The notes under the pieces are model-generated. The model was given only the letters and a program-made list of their open reading frames with translations, was not told the DNA's origin and ran no database searches. A stretch of 17,312 bases of DNA. Origin: a virus. Taxonomy: Duplodnaviria; Heunggongvirae; Uroviricota; Caudoviricetes. Below, piece after piece: positions 7,679 through 15,916 of the stretch. The stretch is taken from the IMG/VR virus record IMGVR_UViG_2563366888_000002, positions 1 through 17,312 of that record; one strand, written 5' to 3'. A program made the position numbers and the translations under genes. The stretch's first letter is position 1, and each line of letters starts with the position of its first letter.

Positions 7679-8355
7679 CGCCATTGCTCCCCAAATACAA
7701 AACCAATTTCAGCCAGTGCCTCGTCCATTTTTTCGATGAACTCCGGCACCATCTCGTCAAAACTCGCCATGTACTTTTCATCCCGCTCAACCACGACATA
7801 ATGCAGGCCTTCACGCTTCATACGCGGGTCATAGTTGGCAAAGTACCAGGCATCTTTTCGCGTCACCCACATGCTGTACTGCACCTGGGCCATGTAAGCC
7901 GACTTTATGGCCTCGAAACCACCGAGCCGGAACTTCATGAAATCCCGGGAGGTAAACGGGCATTTCAGCTCAAGGCCATTGCCGTCACTGCATAAACCAT
8001 CGGGAGAGCAGGCGGTACGCATACTTTCGTCGCGATAGATGATCGGGGATTCAGTAACATTCACGCCGGAAGTGAATTCAAACAGAGTTCTGGCGTCGTT
8101 CTCGTACTGTTTTCCCCATGCCAGCGCCTTAGCATTAACTTCCGGAGCCACACCGGTGCAAACCTCAGCCAGCAGGGTGTGGAAGTAGGACATTTTCATG
8201 TCAGGCCACTTTTTTCCGGAGCGGGGTTTTGCTATCACATTGTGAACTTCTGAAGCGGTGATGACGCCGAGCCGTAATTTGTGCCACGCATCATCCCCCT
8301 GTTCGACAGCTCTCACGTCGATTCCGGTACGCTGCAGGATAATGTCCGGTGTCAT
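7675..8355 (-). CDS. exo: Exonuclease (Red-alpha)
   Basis: 226-aa ORF recognised as lambda Exo ([54 protein letters not shown]...). Confidence 0.95.
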   Translation of the reverse strand: MTPDIILQRTGIDVRAVEQGDDAWHKLRLGVITASEVHNVIAKPRSGKKWPDMKMSYFHTLLAEVCTGVAPEVNAKALAWGKQYENDARTLFEFTSGVNVTESPIIYRDESMRTACSPDGLCSDGNGLELKCPFTSRDFMKFRLGGFEAIKSAYMAQVQYSMWVTRKDAWYFANYDPRMKREGLHYVVVERDEKYMASFDEMVPEFIEKMDEALAEIGFVFGEQWR

Positions 8356-9137
8356 GCAGCCACCTTCTGCTCAGTGGCTTTCTGTTTCAGGAATCCAAGA
8401 GCTTTCACTGCTTCGGCCTGTGTCAGTTCTGACGATGCGCGAATGTCGCGGCGAAATATCTGGGAACAGAGCGGCAATAAGTCGTCATCCCATGTTTTAT
8501 CCAGGGCAATCAGCAGAGTGTTAATCTCCTGCATGGTTTCATCGTTAACCGGAGTGATGTCGCGTTCCGGCTGACGTTCTGCAGTGTATGCGGTATTTTC
8601 GACAATGCGCTCGGCTTCATCCTTGTCATAGATACCCGCAAATCCGAAGGCCAGACGGGCACACTGAATCATGGCTTTATGCCGTAACATCCGTTTGGGA
8701 TGCGACTGCCACGGCCCCGTAATTTCTCTGCCTTCGCGGGTTTTGAATGGTTCGCGGCGGCATTCATCCATCCACTCGGTAACGCAGATCGGATGATTAC
8801 GGTCCTTGCGGTAAATCCGGCATGTACAGGATTCATTGTCCTGCTCAAAGTCCATGCCATCAAACTGCTGGTTTTCATTGATGATGCGGGACCAGCCATC
8901 AACGCCCACCACCGGAACGATGCCATTCTGCTTATCAGGAAAGGTGTAAATTTCTTTCGTCCACGGATTAAGGCCGTACTGGTTGGCAACGATCAGTAAT
9001 GCGATGAACTGCGCATCGCTGGCATCACCTTTAAATGCCGTCTGGCGAAGAGTGGTGATCAGTTCCTGTGGGTCGACAGAATCCATGCCGACACGTTCAG
9101 CCAGCTTCCCAGCCAGCGTTGCGAGTGCTGTACTCAT
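8352..9137 (-). CDS. bet: Recombination protein Bet (Red-beta single-strand annealing protein)
   Basis: 261-aa ORF recognised as lambda Bet ([59 protein letters not shown]...). Confidence 0.95.
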   Translation of the reverse strand: MSTALATLAGKLAERVGMDSVDPQELITTLRQTAFKGDASDAQFIALLIVANQYGLNPWTKEIYTFPDKQNGIVPVVGVDGWSRIINENQQFDGMDFEQDNESCTCRIYRKDRNHPICVTEWMDECRREPFKTREGREITGPWQSHPKRMLRHKAMIQCARLAFGFAGIYDKDEAERIVENTAYTAERQPERDITPVNDETMQEINTLLIALDKTWDDDLLPLCSQIFRRDIRASSELTQAEAVKALGFLKQKATEQKVAA

Positions 9138-9142
9138 CCGTT

Positions 9143-9439
9143 TTATACCTCTGAATCAATATCAACCTGGTGGTGAGCAATGGTTTCAACCATGTACCGG
9201 ATGTGTTCTGCCATGCGCTCCTGAAACTCAACATCGTCATCAAACGCACGGGTAATGGCTTTTTTGCTGGCCCCGTGGCGTTGCAAATGATCGATGCATA
9301 GCGATTCAAACAGGTGCTGGGGCAGGCCTTTTTCCATGTCGTCTGCCAGTTCTGCCTCTTTCTCTTCACGGGCGATCTGCTGGTAGTGACGCGCCCAGCT
9401 CTGAGCCTCAAGACGATCCTGAATGTAATAAGCGTTCAT
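9143..9439 (-). CDS. gam: Gam, RecBCD inhibitor (98-aa short form; the longer N-terminal extension is not in frame here)
   Basis: Translation [21 protein letters not shown]...[10 protein letters not shown] recognised as lambda GamS. In-frame stop at 9494-9496 upstream; the lambda-like extension peptide [15 protein letters not shown] is encoded in the +1 frame. Confidence 0.9.
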   Translation of the reverse strand: MNAYYIQDRLEAQSWARHYQQIAREEKEAELADDMEKGLPQHLFESLCIDHLQRHGASKKAITRAFDDDVEFQERMAEHIRYMVETIAHHQVDIDSEV

Positions 9440-9514
9440 GGCTGAACTCCTGAAAATGGCTGTGAAAATATCGCCCGCGAAATGCCAGGCTGATTAGGAA
9501 AACAGGAAAGGGGA

Positions 9515-9721
9515 TTAGCGATTCAGGCCGTTACCGCGTCCGTCGAGAAAAACTTCCACGAGCAAATCACGGGTATAAGTGCGCTCGATGCCGCGATGCA
9601 GATAAAGCCGTCCGCGTAAATTAGCTGATGCAGTCCAGGTACCATCTTTGTGTTTGACCAGCATTCCTGGCATGACCGCACCTCGATTAACGGTCTGCGT
9701 TCCGTAATGTTGATGAACCAT
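9515..9721 (-). CDS. Small hypothetical protein in the kil position (68 aa from the SD-supported ATG); frame stays open upstream to a TTG at 9925
   Basis: AGGAG 5 nt before the ATG at 9721. The 136-codon track ORF starts on TTG with no SD. Non-lambda sequence. Confidence 0.45.
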   Translation of the reverse strand: MVHQHYGTQTVNRGAVMPGMLVKHKDGTWTASANLRGRLYLHRGIERTYTRDLLVEVFLDGRGNGLNR

Positions 9722-9943
9722 AAAAACTCCTGCCCGTAAGCTGGGCTGCTGAACATATAGAGACTTCTGCGCGTATTCAGGCGGTGGATGGCCGCCGGTT
9801 GTCATAACTAAGTCGCCTCGTTGAAGCGACTGAGGTATGAAGTGTTGAGTTGATTTCAGCTGGTCACACCGACGTTCACGCGTCCGCTTCACCCCTCGCA
9901 CTCCCCGAAGCCTGCTGAAATTCAAACTGCGGATCTAAGCGGT

Positions 9944-10072
9944 CATCGCAACGGTGAAACAGGTGGTTACCGTATCGTTGTGTCGTTGCGATGAATTTAT
10001 TTAAAACTATAGTTGTTTTATCGTCAACAACAAAAGTTGTTTTGTCGGTTGTTTTAAATATAACTGGTTGTA
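9944..10072 (-). promoter_or_regulatory. Candidate OL/pL region and early leftward leader: 10-bp inverted repeat with 30-bp spacer plus GTTGTT/AACAAC operator-like half-sites
   Basis: CATCGCAACG (9944-9953) pairs with CGTTGCGATG (9984-9993). Half-sites AGTTGTTTT (10011-10019), CAACAAC (10025-10031), AGTTGTTTT (10035-10043), GGTTGTTTT (10048-10056), CTGGTTGTA (10064-10072). The same half-site recurs in the cI-cro intergenic region. No promoter hexamers confidently placed. Confidence 0.4.
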
Positions 10073-10161
10073 TTTAGGATGGATTTATTTTGTGACTTGC
10101 ATCGCATAGCGATAACTGAAGTGAGGTGTGGTGGTTTTTTGGACGGTATGAGTTATGAGGG

Positions 10162-10193
10162 GGAGGAAAAGAAAACCCGGCGCGGTTGCCGGG
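10162..10193 (-). terminator. Intrinsic terminator downstream of the lipoprotein gene (end of the cI-side operon)
   Basis: Stem CCCGGC/GCCGGG (10176-10181/10188-10193) with 6-nt loop, followed on the minus-strand RNA by UUUUCUUUUCC. 9 nt after the lipoprotein stop. Confidence 0.6.
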
Positions 10194-10201
10194 TATGATT
10201 A

Positions 10202-10582
10202 TCAGTCAGCCCAACCTGATTTCGAGTTTATTTGGGTTTCTGACATTGTGTATTTCTTAATCGTGTCATCGTTAAAAAGAATAGTAAGTTCTTTTTTCGT
10301 ACCGTTCGTTCCATTATGGAATAATCCATAGAATGGAATAAAAGTGGTGCCATTAACTTTTACTTTTGCAAAGGCGTACTTCCAGATCTCGTTTCCACTG
10401 TCAGTATATGAAACAGCATCAGGAGAACCAAAGTAAGATTTAACCTCATTCTTGGTTGTTTTACCTTCCTGAAGTTTAGACTGGACACTAATTTCAGTTT
10501 CATTTTTGAGTTGCTGGTTGCCTGAAGAAGCACACCCAGCCAATACAGATGCCATCATGGCAGCGATTAGGATTTTTCTCAT
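10202..10582 (-). CDS. BamE/SmpA-OmlA-like small lipoprotein; moron in the rex position downstream of cI
   Basis: 126-aa ORF. Signal peptide with lipobox LAGC. The EGKTTKNEVKSYFGSPD...WKY pattern resembles the BamE fold motif. Same strand as cI and followed by a terminator. Confidence 0.7.
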   Translation of the reverse strand: MRKILIAAMMASVLAGCASSGNQQLKNETEISVQSKLQEGKTTKNEVKSYFGSPDAVSYTDSGNEIWKYAFAKVKVNGTTFIPFYGLFHNGTNGTKKELTILFNDDTIKKYTMSETQINSKSGWAD

Positions 10583-10811
10583 TTTATGTTTCCATTCATT
10601 ATAATCAGAAACATCTTAACATAATGATTCGAAATAAAAACCGCTACGAGATAGGGGGACATTTTGCTGACAGTAGCAACAAATCTCAGCTAACAACGAG
10701 AATATTTACTGAAATATGCAAACAGATTTGGCGTTCTTATAGAGAATTTAGTGCAATATCTAATCCGAGTGGTATAAACCTTAACCTTCGCTCCCTTAAG
10801 TCGTAGATAAA

Positions 10812-11501
10812 TTAACCATGCTTCCTGTACGTCTGCGGCATGCTTCCAATGACCTTACCGAATATGAACACCCGGTTCATCTCGTCTTTCTCGATCGGGT
10901 CCCACGGCGAGTAGCTCTTGTTATCAGAGATAACCAGCAGCTTATCCTTCATCATTTGAAGACGTTTTACATGGGCAGTGTCGTCGTACAGAAACGCATA
11001 GATGCCATCACCGTCGAAAGATTTAACAGTGATATCAACGAACAGCAGGTCACCTGGTTCGATCGTCCCTGACATGCTGTCACCTCGCACGTTAATGATG
11101 CGGATATTTTCCGCCTTCCTGCCATCGAACATGTGACGAGCATCGTCAAACGAGTACTCAACCGAGCGTAGAACTTCTACAAACTCACGGTTGATTACAC
11201 CTGGCCCGGCACTGACTTCTATATCAAGAACGTCAATTTTGAAGTATTTGGAATGGCTGACAGTTGATTGTATTGGTTGCACTGTACTGTCTGACATATT
11301 TCCAACGCCAGAAGATAACCATTCTGCGCGCACACCCAAAGCGTTCGCGATCTCCACGATTTTAGTTGTTTGGTTAGCTTTCCCTGTTTCGATTTTCTGA
11401 ATAGCAGCCTGGCTAACCCCGACCAAATCCCCAAGCGCCTTTTGTGTAAGGCCTCGCGCTAATCTGGCTTCTTTAAGTCTTTCTGAGAGTGTTGTTTTCA
11501 T
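10812..11501 (-). CDS. cI: CI-type prophage repressor (N-terminal HTH_XRE, C-terminal S24 LexA-like peptidase domain)
   Basis: 229-aa ORF. HTH segment LTQKALGDLVGVSQAAIQKIETGK. Candidate Ala-Gly autocleavage site (VSAGPG). Ser/Lys dyad motifs GDSM and HVKRL. No SD before the ATG, consistent with a leaderless pRM-type transcript. Not lambda immunity. Confidence 0.85.
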   Translation of the reverse strand: MKTTLSERLKEARLARGLTQKALGDLVGVSQAAIQKIETGKANQTTKIVEIANALGVRAEWLSSGVGNMSDSTVQPIQSTVSHSKYFKIDVLDIEVSAGPGVINREFVEVLRSVEYSFDDARHMFDGRKAENIRIINVRGDSMSGTIEPGDLLFVDITVKSFDGDGIYAFLYDDTAHVKRLQMMKDKLLVISDNKSYSPWDPIEKDEMNRVFIFGKVIGSMPQTYRKHG

Positions 11502-11605
11502 AGATCAAATGTACAACCAAGGTTTTATTTCATCAAACGAAAATGGTTGTTGACTAAAAACAACCATAGTTTTAATCTTGATTCGGATTAACCACGGAGG
11601 TTGTT
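11502..11605. promoter_or_regulatory. Divergent promoter/operator region (OR; pR-like promoter for cro, leaderless pRM-like start for cI)
   Basis: Rightward TTGACT (11550-11555), 17-bp spacer, TAATCT (11573-11578), then GGAGG before the cro ATG. Inverted repeat ATGGTTGTT (11542-11550) / AACAACCAT (11559-11567) overlaps the -35. Confidence 0.6.
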
Positions 11606-11836
11606 ATGAACCCAGCAATCAAAACAGCGATCAATATCGTTGGTTCACAAAAGAAACTAGGCGATGCCTGCGAAGTTTCACAGCAGGCCGTCTATAAGTG
11701 GCTTCACAACAAAGCAAAGGTATCCCCTGAACATGTCGGCAGCATTGTTACGGCTACTGGTGGAGTTGTGAAGGCATACCAGATTCGCCCGGATCTTCCG
11801 AAGTTGTTTCCACACACCGAAAAGAACGCAGCTTAA
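11606..11836 (+). CDS. Cro-like HTH regulator (YdaS-like)
   Basis: 76-aa ORF divergent from cI with a strong SD. HTH-like segment KKLGDACEVSQQAVYKWLHN. Family call from memory. Confidence 0.7.
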   Translation: MNPAIKTAINIVGSQKKLGDACEVSQQAVYKWLHNKAKVSPEHVGSIVTATGGVVKAYQIRPDLPKLFPHTEKNAA

Positions 11837-11905
11837 ATTTCCATTTCACGCTCTTTAACAATAAGCAATCAACTTAACAGTCAATTCAAACTAAAGGAGT
11901 CAATT

Positions 11906-12445
11906 ATGCAACCACTTACATACCAACAGACTAGCGGATTTATTCCGACTGCGGTGATAAATCGTTCTCAAACAAAACAAGCTCCAGGCCACGAAAAAAT
12001 CCGTGATGCCGTCCGCGCCTGGTCGGCTGTAGATAATCAGGATGTCGTTGCCGCACTCATTGTGAATGAGTATCGGGAGCAGGGCGACGGCACCATCGAT
12101 TTCCCTGATGATGTCAGCCGTGCACGCCAGAAGCTGTTCCGCTTCCTCGATAACAAATTCGATTCTGAAAAATACCGAAATAACGTGCGTGAACTGACCC
12201 CGGCAATTCTGGCGGTACTACCGCTGGAATATCGCGGTTACCTGGTTGAGCAGGATAGCTTCATGACTCGGTTGGCTGAAATGGAAAAGGAACTCAGTGA
12301 GGCAAAACAGGCTGTCATTCTCAACGCACCACGCCACCAGAAACTGAAGGAAATGAGTGAAGGTATTGTGTCGATGTTTCGTGTGGACCCGGATCTGGCT
12401 GGTCCATTAATGGCGATGGTGACCACCATGCTGGGGGCAATATGA
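11906..12445 (+). CDS. CII-position regulatory protein (YdaT/CII-like), 179 aa
   Basis: AAGGAG SD. Located between cro-like and O with an ATGA overlap at the 3' end. Assignment is by position, not recognised sequence. Confidence 0.45.
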   Translation: MQPLTYQQTSGFIPTAVINRSQTKQAPGHEKIRDAVRAWSAVDNQDVVAALIVNEYREQGDGTIDFPDDVSRARQKLFRFLDNKFDSEKYRNNVRELTPAILAVLPLEYRGYLVEQDSFMTRLAEMEKELSEAKQAVILNAPRHQKLKEMSEGIVSMFRVDPDLAGPLMAMVTTMLGAI

Positions 12446-12531
12446 CAGGTTCAGAAATGGCGAAAGTCGGTCTGCGGGAACAGAACCGACTTTCAGGTGC
12501 AAATCGTAACACACTCATTGCGGGAGGAATT

Positions 12532-13461
12532 ATGGCAAACACTGCTGAGATATTCAATTTTCCAGTGCCGGATGCGGCACAAAAGGAGCCGCGCGTGGCA
12601 GATCTCGATGATGGTTATACGCGCATTGCAAATGAGTTGCTGGAAGCTGTGATGCTGGCCGGATTAACACAGCACCAGCTTCTGGTCTTCCTGGCTGTCA
12701 TGCGCAAAACATATGGCTTTAATAAAAAACTGGATTGGGTGAGCAACGAGCAACTTTCCGAGTTGACCGGGATATTGCCGCACAAGTGTTCTGCTGCAAA
12801 AAGCGTTCTGGTAAAGCGTGGGATTCTTATTCAGAGCGGGCGGAATATCGGCATTAATAATGTGGTCAGTGAATGGTCAACATTACCCGAATCAGGTAAG
12901 AAAAATAAAGTTTACCTGAAAGAGGTAAATTTACCTGAATCAGGTAAGAAAAGTTTACCCAAATCAGGTAAAGGCGTTTACCCGAATCAGGTAAACACAA
13001 AAGACAAACTAACAAAAGACAATATAAAACCTTTTTCGTCCGAGAATTCTGGCGAATCCTCTGACCAACCAGAAAACGATCTTCCTGTGGAGAAACCAGA
13101 TGCTGCAATTCAGAGCGGCAGCAGGTGGGGGACAGCAGAAGACCTGACCGCCGCAGAGTGGATGTTTGACATGGTGAAGACCATCGCGCCATCAGCCAGA
13201 AAACCGAATTTTGCAGGGTGGGCTAACGATATCCGCCTGATGCGTGAACGTGACGGACGTAACCACCGCGACATGTGCGTGCTGTTCCGCTGGGCATGCC
13301 AGGACAACTTCTGGTCCGGTAACGTGCTAAGTCCGGCCAAACTCCGCGACAAGTGGACCCAACTCGAAATCAACCGTAACAAGCAACAGGCTGGCGTGAC
13401 AGCCGGAAAATCAAAACTCGACCTGACAAACACTGACTGGATTTATGGGGTGGATTTATGA
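12532..13461 (+). CDS. O: Replication initiator O (non-lambda N-terminal iteron-binding domain, lambda-like C-terminal P-interaction domain)
   Basis: Conserved O motif ADLDDGY...LLEA...RKTYGFNK...SNEQLSELTG and lambda-like C-terminus (...WIYGVDL). Start set at 12532 (GGGAGG 5 nt upstream; aligns with the lambda O N-terminus). The track ORF begins at 12442. Confidence 0.85.
   Translation: MANTAEIFNFPVPDAAQKEPRVADLDDGYTRIANELLEAVMLAGLTQHQLLVFLAVMRKTYGFNKKLDWVSNEQLSELTGILPHKCSAAKSVLVKRGILIQSGRNIGINNVVSEWSTLPESGKKNKVYLKEVNLPESGKKSLPKSGKGVYPNQVNTKDKLTKDNIKPFSSENSGESSDQPENDLPVEKPDAAIQSGSRWGTAEDLTAAEWMFDMVKTIAPSARKPNFAGWANDIRLMRERDGRNHRDMCVLFRWACQDNFWSGNVLSPAKLRDKWTQLEINRNKQQAGVTAGKSKLDLTNTDWIYGVDL
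12883..12995. repeat. Replication origin iterons inside O (five about 18-bp direct repeats), followed by an A/T-rich segment to about 13040
   Basis: TTACCCGAATCAGGTAAG (12883), TTTACCTGAAAGAGGTAAA (12911), TTACCTGAATCAGGTAAG (12931), TTACCCAAATCAGGTAAA (12954), TTACCCGAATCAGGTAAA (12978), then ACAAAAGACAAACTAACAAAAGACAATATAAAA. Classic lambdoid ori architecture. Confidence 0.8.
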
Positions 13462-14159
13462 AAAACATCGCCGCACAGATGGTTAACTTTGACCGTGAGC
13501 AGATGCGCCGGATCGCCAACAACATGCCGGAACAGTACGACGAAAAGCCGCAGGTACAGCAGGTAGCGCGGATCATCAACGGTGTGTTCAGCCAGTTACT
13601 GGCAACTTTCCCGGCGAGCCTGGCTAACCGGGACCAGAACGAACTGAACGAAATCCGCCGCCAGTGGGTTCTGGCTTTCCGGGAAAACGGGATCACCACA
13701 ATGGAACAGGTTAACGCAGGAATGCGCGTAGCCCGTCGGCAGAATCGACCATTCCTGCCATCACCCGGGCAGTTTGTCGCCTGGTGCCGGGAAGAAGCAT
13801 CCGTTACCGCCGGACTGCCAAACGCCAGCGAGCTGGTTGATATGGTTTACGAGTATTGCCGGAAGCGTGGCCTGTATCCGGACGCAGAGTCTTATCCATG
13901 GAAATCAAACGCGCACTACTGGTTGGTTACCAACCTGTACCAGAACATGCGGGCCAATGCGCTGACTGACGCGGAATTACGGCGTAAAGCTGCCGATGAG
14001 CTGACCTGTATGACCGCGCGAATTAACCGTGGTGAGGCGATACCTGAACCAGTAAAACAACTTCCTGTCATGGGCGGTAGGCCTCTAAATCGTGCACAGG
14101 CTCTGGCGAAGATCGCAGAAATCAAAGCGAAGTTCGGACTGAAAGGAGCAACTGTATGA
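13458..14159 (+). CDS. P: Replication protein P (DnaB helicase loader)
   Basis: 233-aa ORF recognised as lambda P almost residue for residue (MKNIAAQMVNFDREQMRRIANNMPEQYDEKPQVQQVA...). Confidence 0.95.
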   Translation: MKNIAAQMVNFDREQMRRIANNMPEQYDEKPQVQQVARIINGVFSQLLATFPASLANRDQNELNEIRRQWVLAFRENGITTMEQVNAGMRVARRQNRPFLPSPGQFVAWCREEASVTAGLPNASELVDMVYEYCRKRGLYPDAESYPWKSNAHYWLVTNLYQNMRANALTDAELRRKAADELTCMTARINRGEAIPEPVKQLPVMGGRPLNRAQALAKIAEIKAKFGLKGATV

Positions 14160-14329
14160 CGGGCAAAGAGGCAATTATTCATTATCTGGAGACGCACAAG
14201 AGCTTCTGTGCGCCGGACGTTGCTGCGACAACAGGTGTGACATTAACCAGCATAAATCAGGCTGCGGCAAAAATGGCGCGGGCAGGAATCCTGGTCATTG
14301 ATGGTAAGGTCTGGCGAACGTTTGTTTAA
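14156..14329 (+). pseudogene. ren: ren N-terminal fragment (57 codons; lambda-like for about 50 residues, then divergent and terminated)
   Basis: ATG overlaps the P stop. Translation MTGKEAIIHYLETHKSFCAPDVAATTGVTLTSINQAAAKMARAGILVIDGKVWRTFV-stop matches lambda Ren (96 aa) only in its N-terminal part. Not in the ORF track because under 60 aa. Confidence 0.6.
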
Positions 14330-14475
14330 CGGTTAGCTACTCAGGATGATAGGGCGGGGCAAGTGAGTATGAAGCGGATTTTCAGGAATGCCATCAGAGT
14401 TTGGAAATAAAGTGGGTTTTCTAGTGGCAAGAGACTTGATAATATTTAGTTCTTTAAATCCAAGGAGATAGGGTT

Positions 14476-14970
14476 ATGAGAAAATTTATTATAGCCTTTG
14501 TCATAAGTGCCTCGTTTACTGCAAATGCTGGTGTAGAGAAGTTAGGGTCGTGGATAACAAAGTCTGAGATAAATAAAATGACTGACCAGACTGACTTTGT
14601 GGCTCTTAATTTATCACCAGATTCATATAACAAAGCAGGTACTGATCGTGCAACTTCACTGGTGTTGCGTTGTAGTGATAACAAAACAGATGCCTATTTA
14701 TCATTCAATGATTATATGGGTTCGGACAACCCAAGAATTACAGTGCGGTTAGATGGCGGAAAGCCGGTCAAGAGTGCTTGGGGAGGTGGGGAAGGCGGTG
14801 ATTCTGCATTTGCTCCACAACCAATACAATTTATAAAGACCTTGGCTAAGCATAAAAAAGCTATTTTTGGGTTTGAACCTTATGGATCAACTATGCAAGT
14901 AGTTGAGTTTGACTTGTCTGAGATTGATAAGGTTGTGGAAAAAATTTCACAGTCTTGCAATTGGAAATGA
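14476..14970 (+). CDS. Secreted hypothetical protein (signal peptide, two Cys), low-GC moron
   Basis: 164-aa ORF. N-terminal MRKFIIAFVISASFTANA signal-peptide pattern. GGAG-type SD. Visibly AT-rich relative to neighbours. Followed by a terminator. Confidence 0.65.
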   Translation: MRKFIIAFVISASFTANAGVEKLGSWITKSEINKMTDQTDFVALNLSPDSYNKAGTDRATSLVLRCSDNKTDAYLSFNDYMGSDNPRITVRLDGGKPVKSAWGGGEGGDSAFAPQPIQFIKTLAKHKKAIFGFEPYGSTMQVVEFDLSEIDKVVEKISQSCNWK

Positions 14971-14987
14971 CAAAAAAATTTCATATG

Positions 14988-15012
14988 AACCCAGTTGGCG
15001 CTGGGTTTTTTA
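14988..15012 (+). terminator. Intrinsic terminator after the secreted-protein gene
   Basis: Stem AACCCAG/CTGGGTT (14988-14994/15001-15007) with loop TTGGCG, followed by TTTTTAT. Confidence 0.65.
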
Positions 15013-15607
15013 TTTCAGTAGCCAATAATGCATTCAAAATCTCTTACTTGAGAAACGGCCTATTTGAGATTTCAGTCGTGGCAGGATGATCAGTTGATTC
15101 GAGTATTGACGCATTTGCGTTCGGAGCGATTACAGTAGATTGTAAATAATAATGAGAAACACATAGCCACATAGCCACCCCGTGGTATTGAAACCATATA
15201 ATGTTGGATTTGAAAACAGATCTTTTCCCATGTATTAATAACTACATCCCCGCGAGTGATTCAAAAAGGAGGGCCCAATTTTGTCCGAGTTTTTGTATTC
15301 CCCCGCATGCCGCTGCGGAGCACTACATCTGAGTGTCTGACTAGGGGATAAAATTAGACTGGATAGTGAGAAGAAAGTGGCGCGCTAGGCTGTGCCGAGT
15401 GCTACCAGTACACCTTGGGGGTGTGCAGCTTTCGCCGAGACTGTAGTGGGTATCGGTTAATGCACGAAAAACCGAGAGGTCAGACAACCAATTTGCCGTA
15501 GGATTGTTTCCGGTGCGATACCGGTCTACTAACTGAAAGCAATGCGAAAAAGCATAAACTCGGTCCTTCAGTCGCCCTACACACTATTTACTAAGAAGGG
15601 CTGAAGC

Positions 15608-15808
15608 ATGGATACAATTATTACATGGATGGGAGATCGTCTGTTGGGGGGGACACAAAAATCCGATCTGCAGCAGATGGCGATCACTGGATTAACTTCC
15701 GCGATTTGTTCAACAATTTTGTACACTGAAAAATTAAAACATGGTGAGCCTATTAACCCAAACGAAGAAGAAAAACTTTATAGGCTTTGGTATGAAGGAA
15801 ACGCTTGA
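15608..15808 (+). CDS. Hypothetical small protein (66 aa)
   Basis: ORF from track. AAGGG 9 nt upstream of ATG. No recognisable motif. Confidence 0.4.
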   Translation: MDTIITWMGDRLLGGTQKSDLQQMAITGLTSAICSTILYTEKLKHGEPINPNEEEKLYRLWYEGNA

Positions 15809-15916
15809 AAGAATAAAGCACAATTAAAACCTTTGATTTGCGATAATCAACTTGCCATAATTAAGTAATCGGAGCCTGAACAACTCCGGTGACTTCTGCG
15901 CTAAACGGGGACGTTT

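Noticed and set aside
8669-8999. ORFs 8669..8989 (-) and 8700..8999 (+) inside bet
   Set aside because: Alternative-frame or antisense ORFs within the confidently identified bet gene.
9515-9925. Full 136-aa track ORF as a single annotated protein
   Set aside because: It starts on TTG with no SD, whereas an internal ATG at 9721 has an ideal AGGAG spacing; kept only as a hypothesis (possible N-like frame) in the findings.
12866-13192. Minus-strand 108-aa ORF across the iteron region, and the idea that the 18-bp repeats are a CRISPR array
   Set aside because: The repeats are contiguous, degenerate and lie inside the O coding frame exactly where lambdoid ori iterons occur; no spacers and no cas genes. 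The antisense ORF is an artefact of the repeat.
15013-15607. Retron msr/msd, type III toxin-antitoxin RNA repeats, or a tRNA in the ORF-free region
   Set aside because: No reverse-transcriptase gene nearby, no tandem direct repeats, and no GGTTCGA-type T-arm with matching acceptor stem found by eye.
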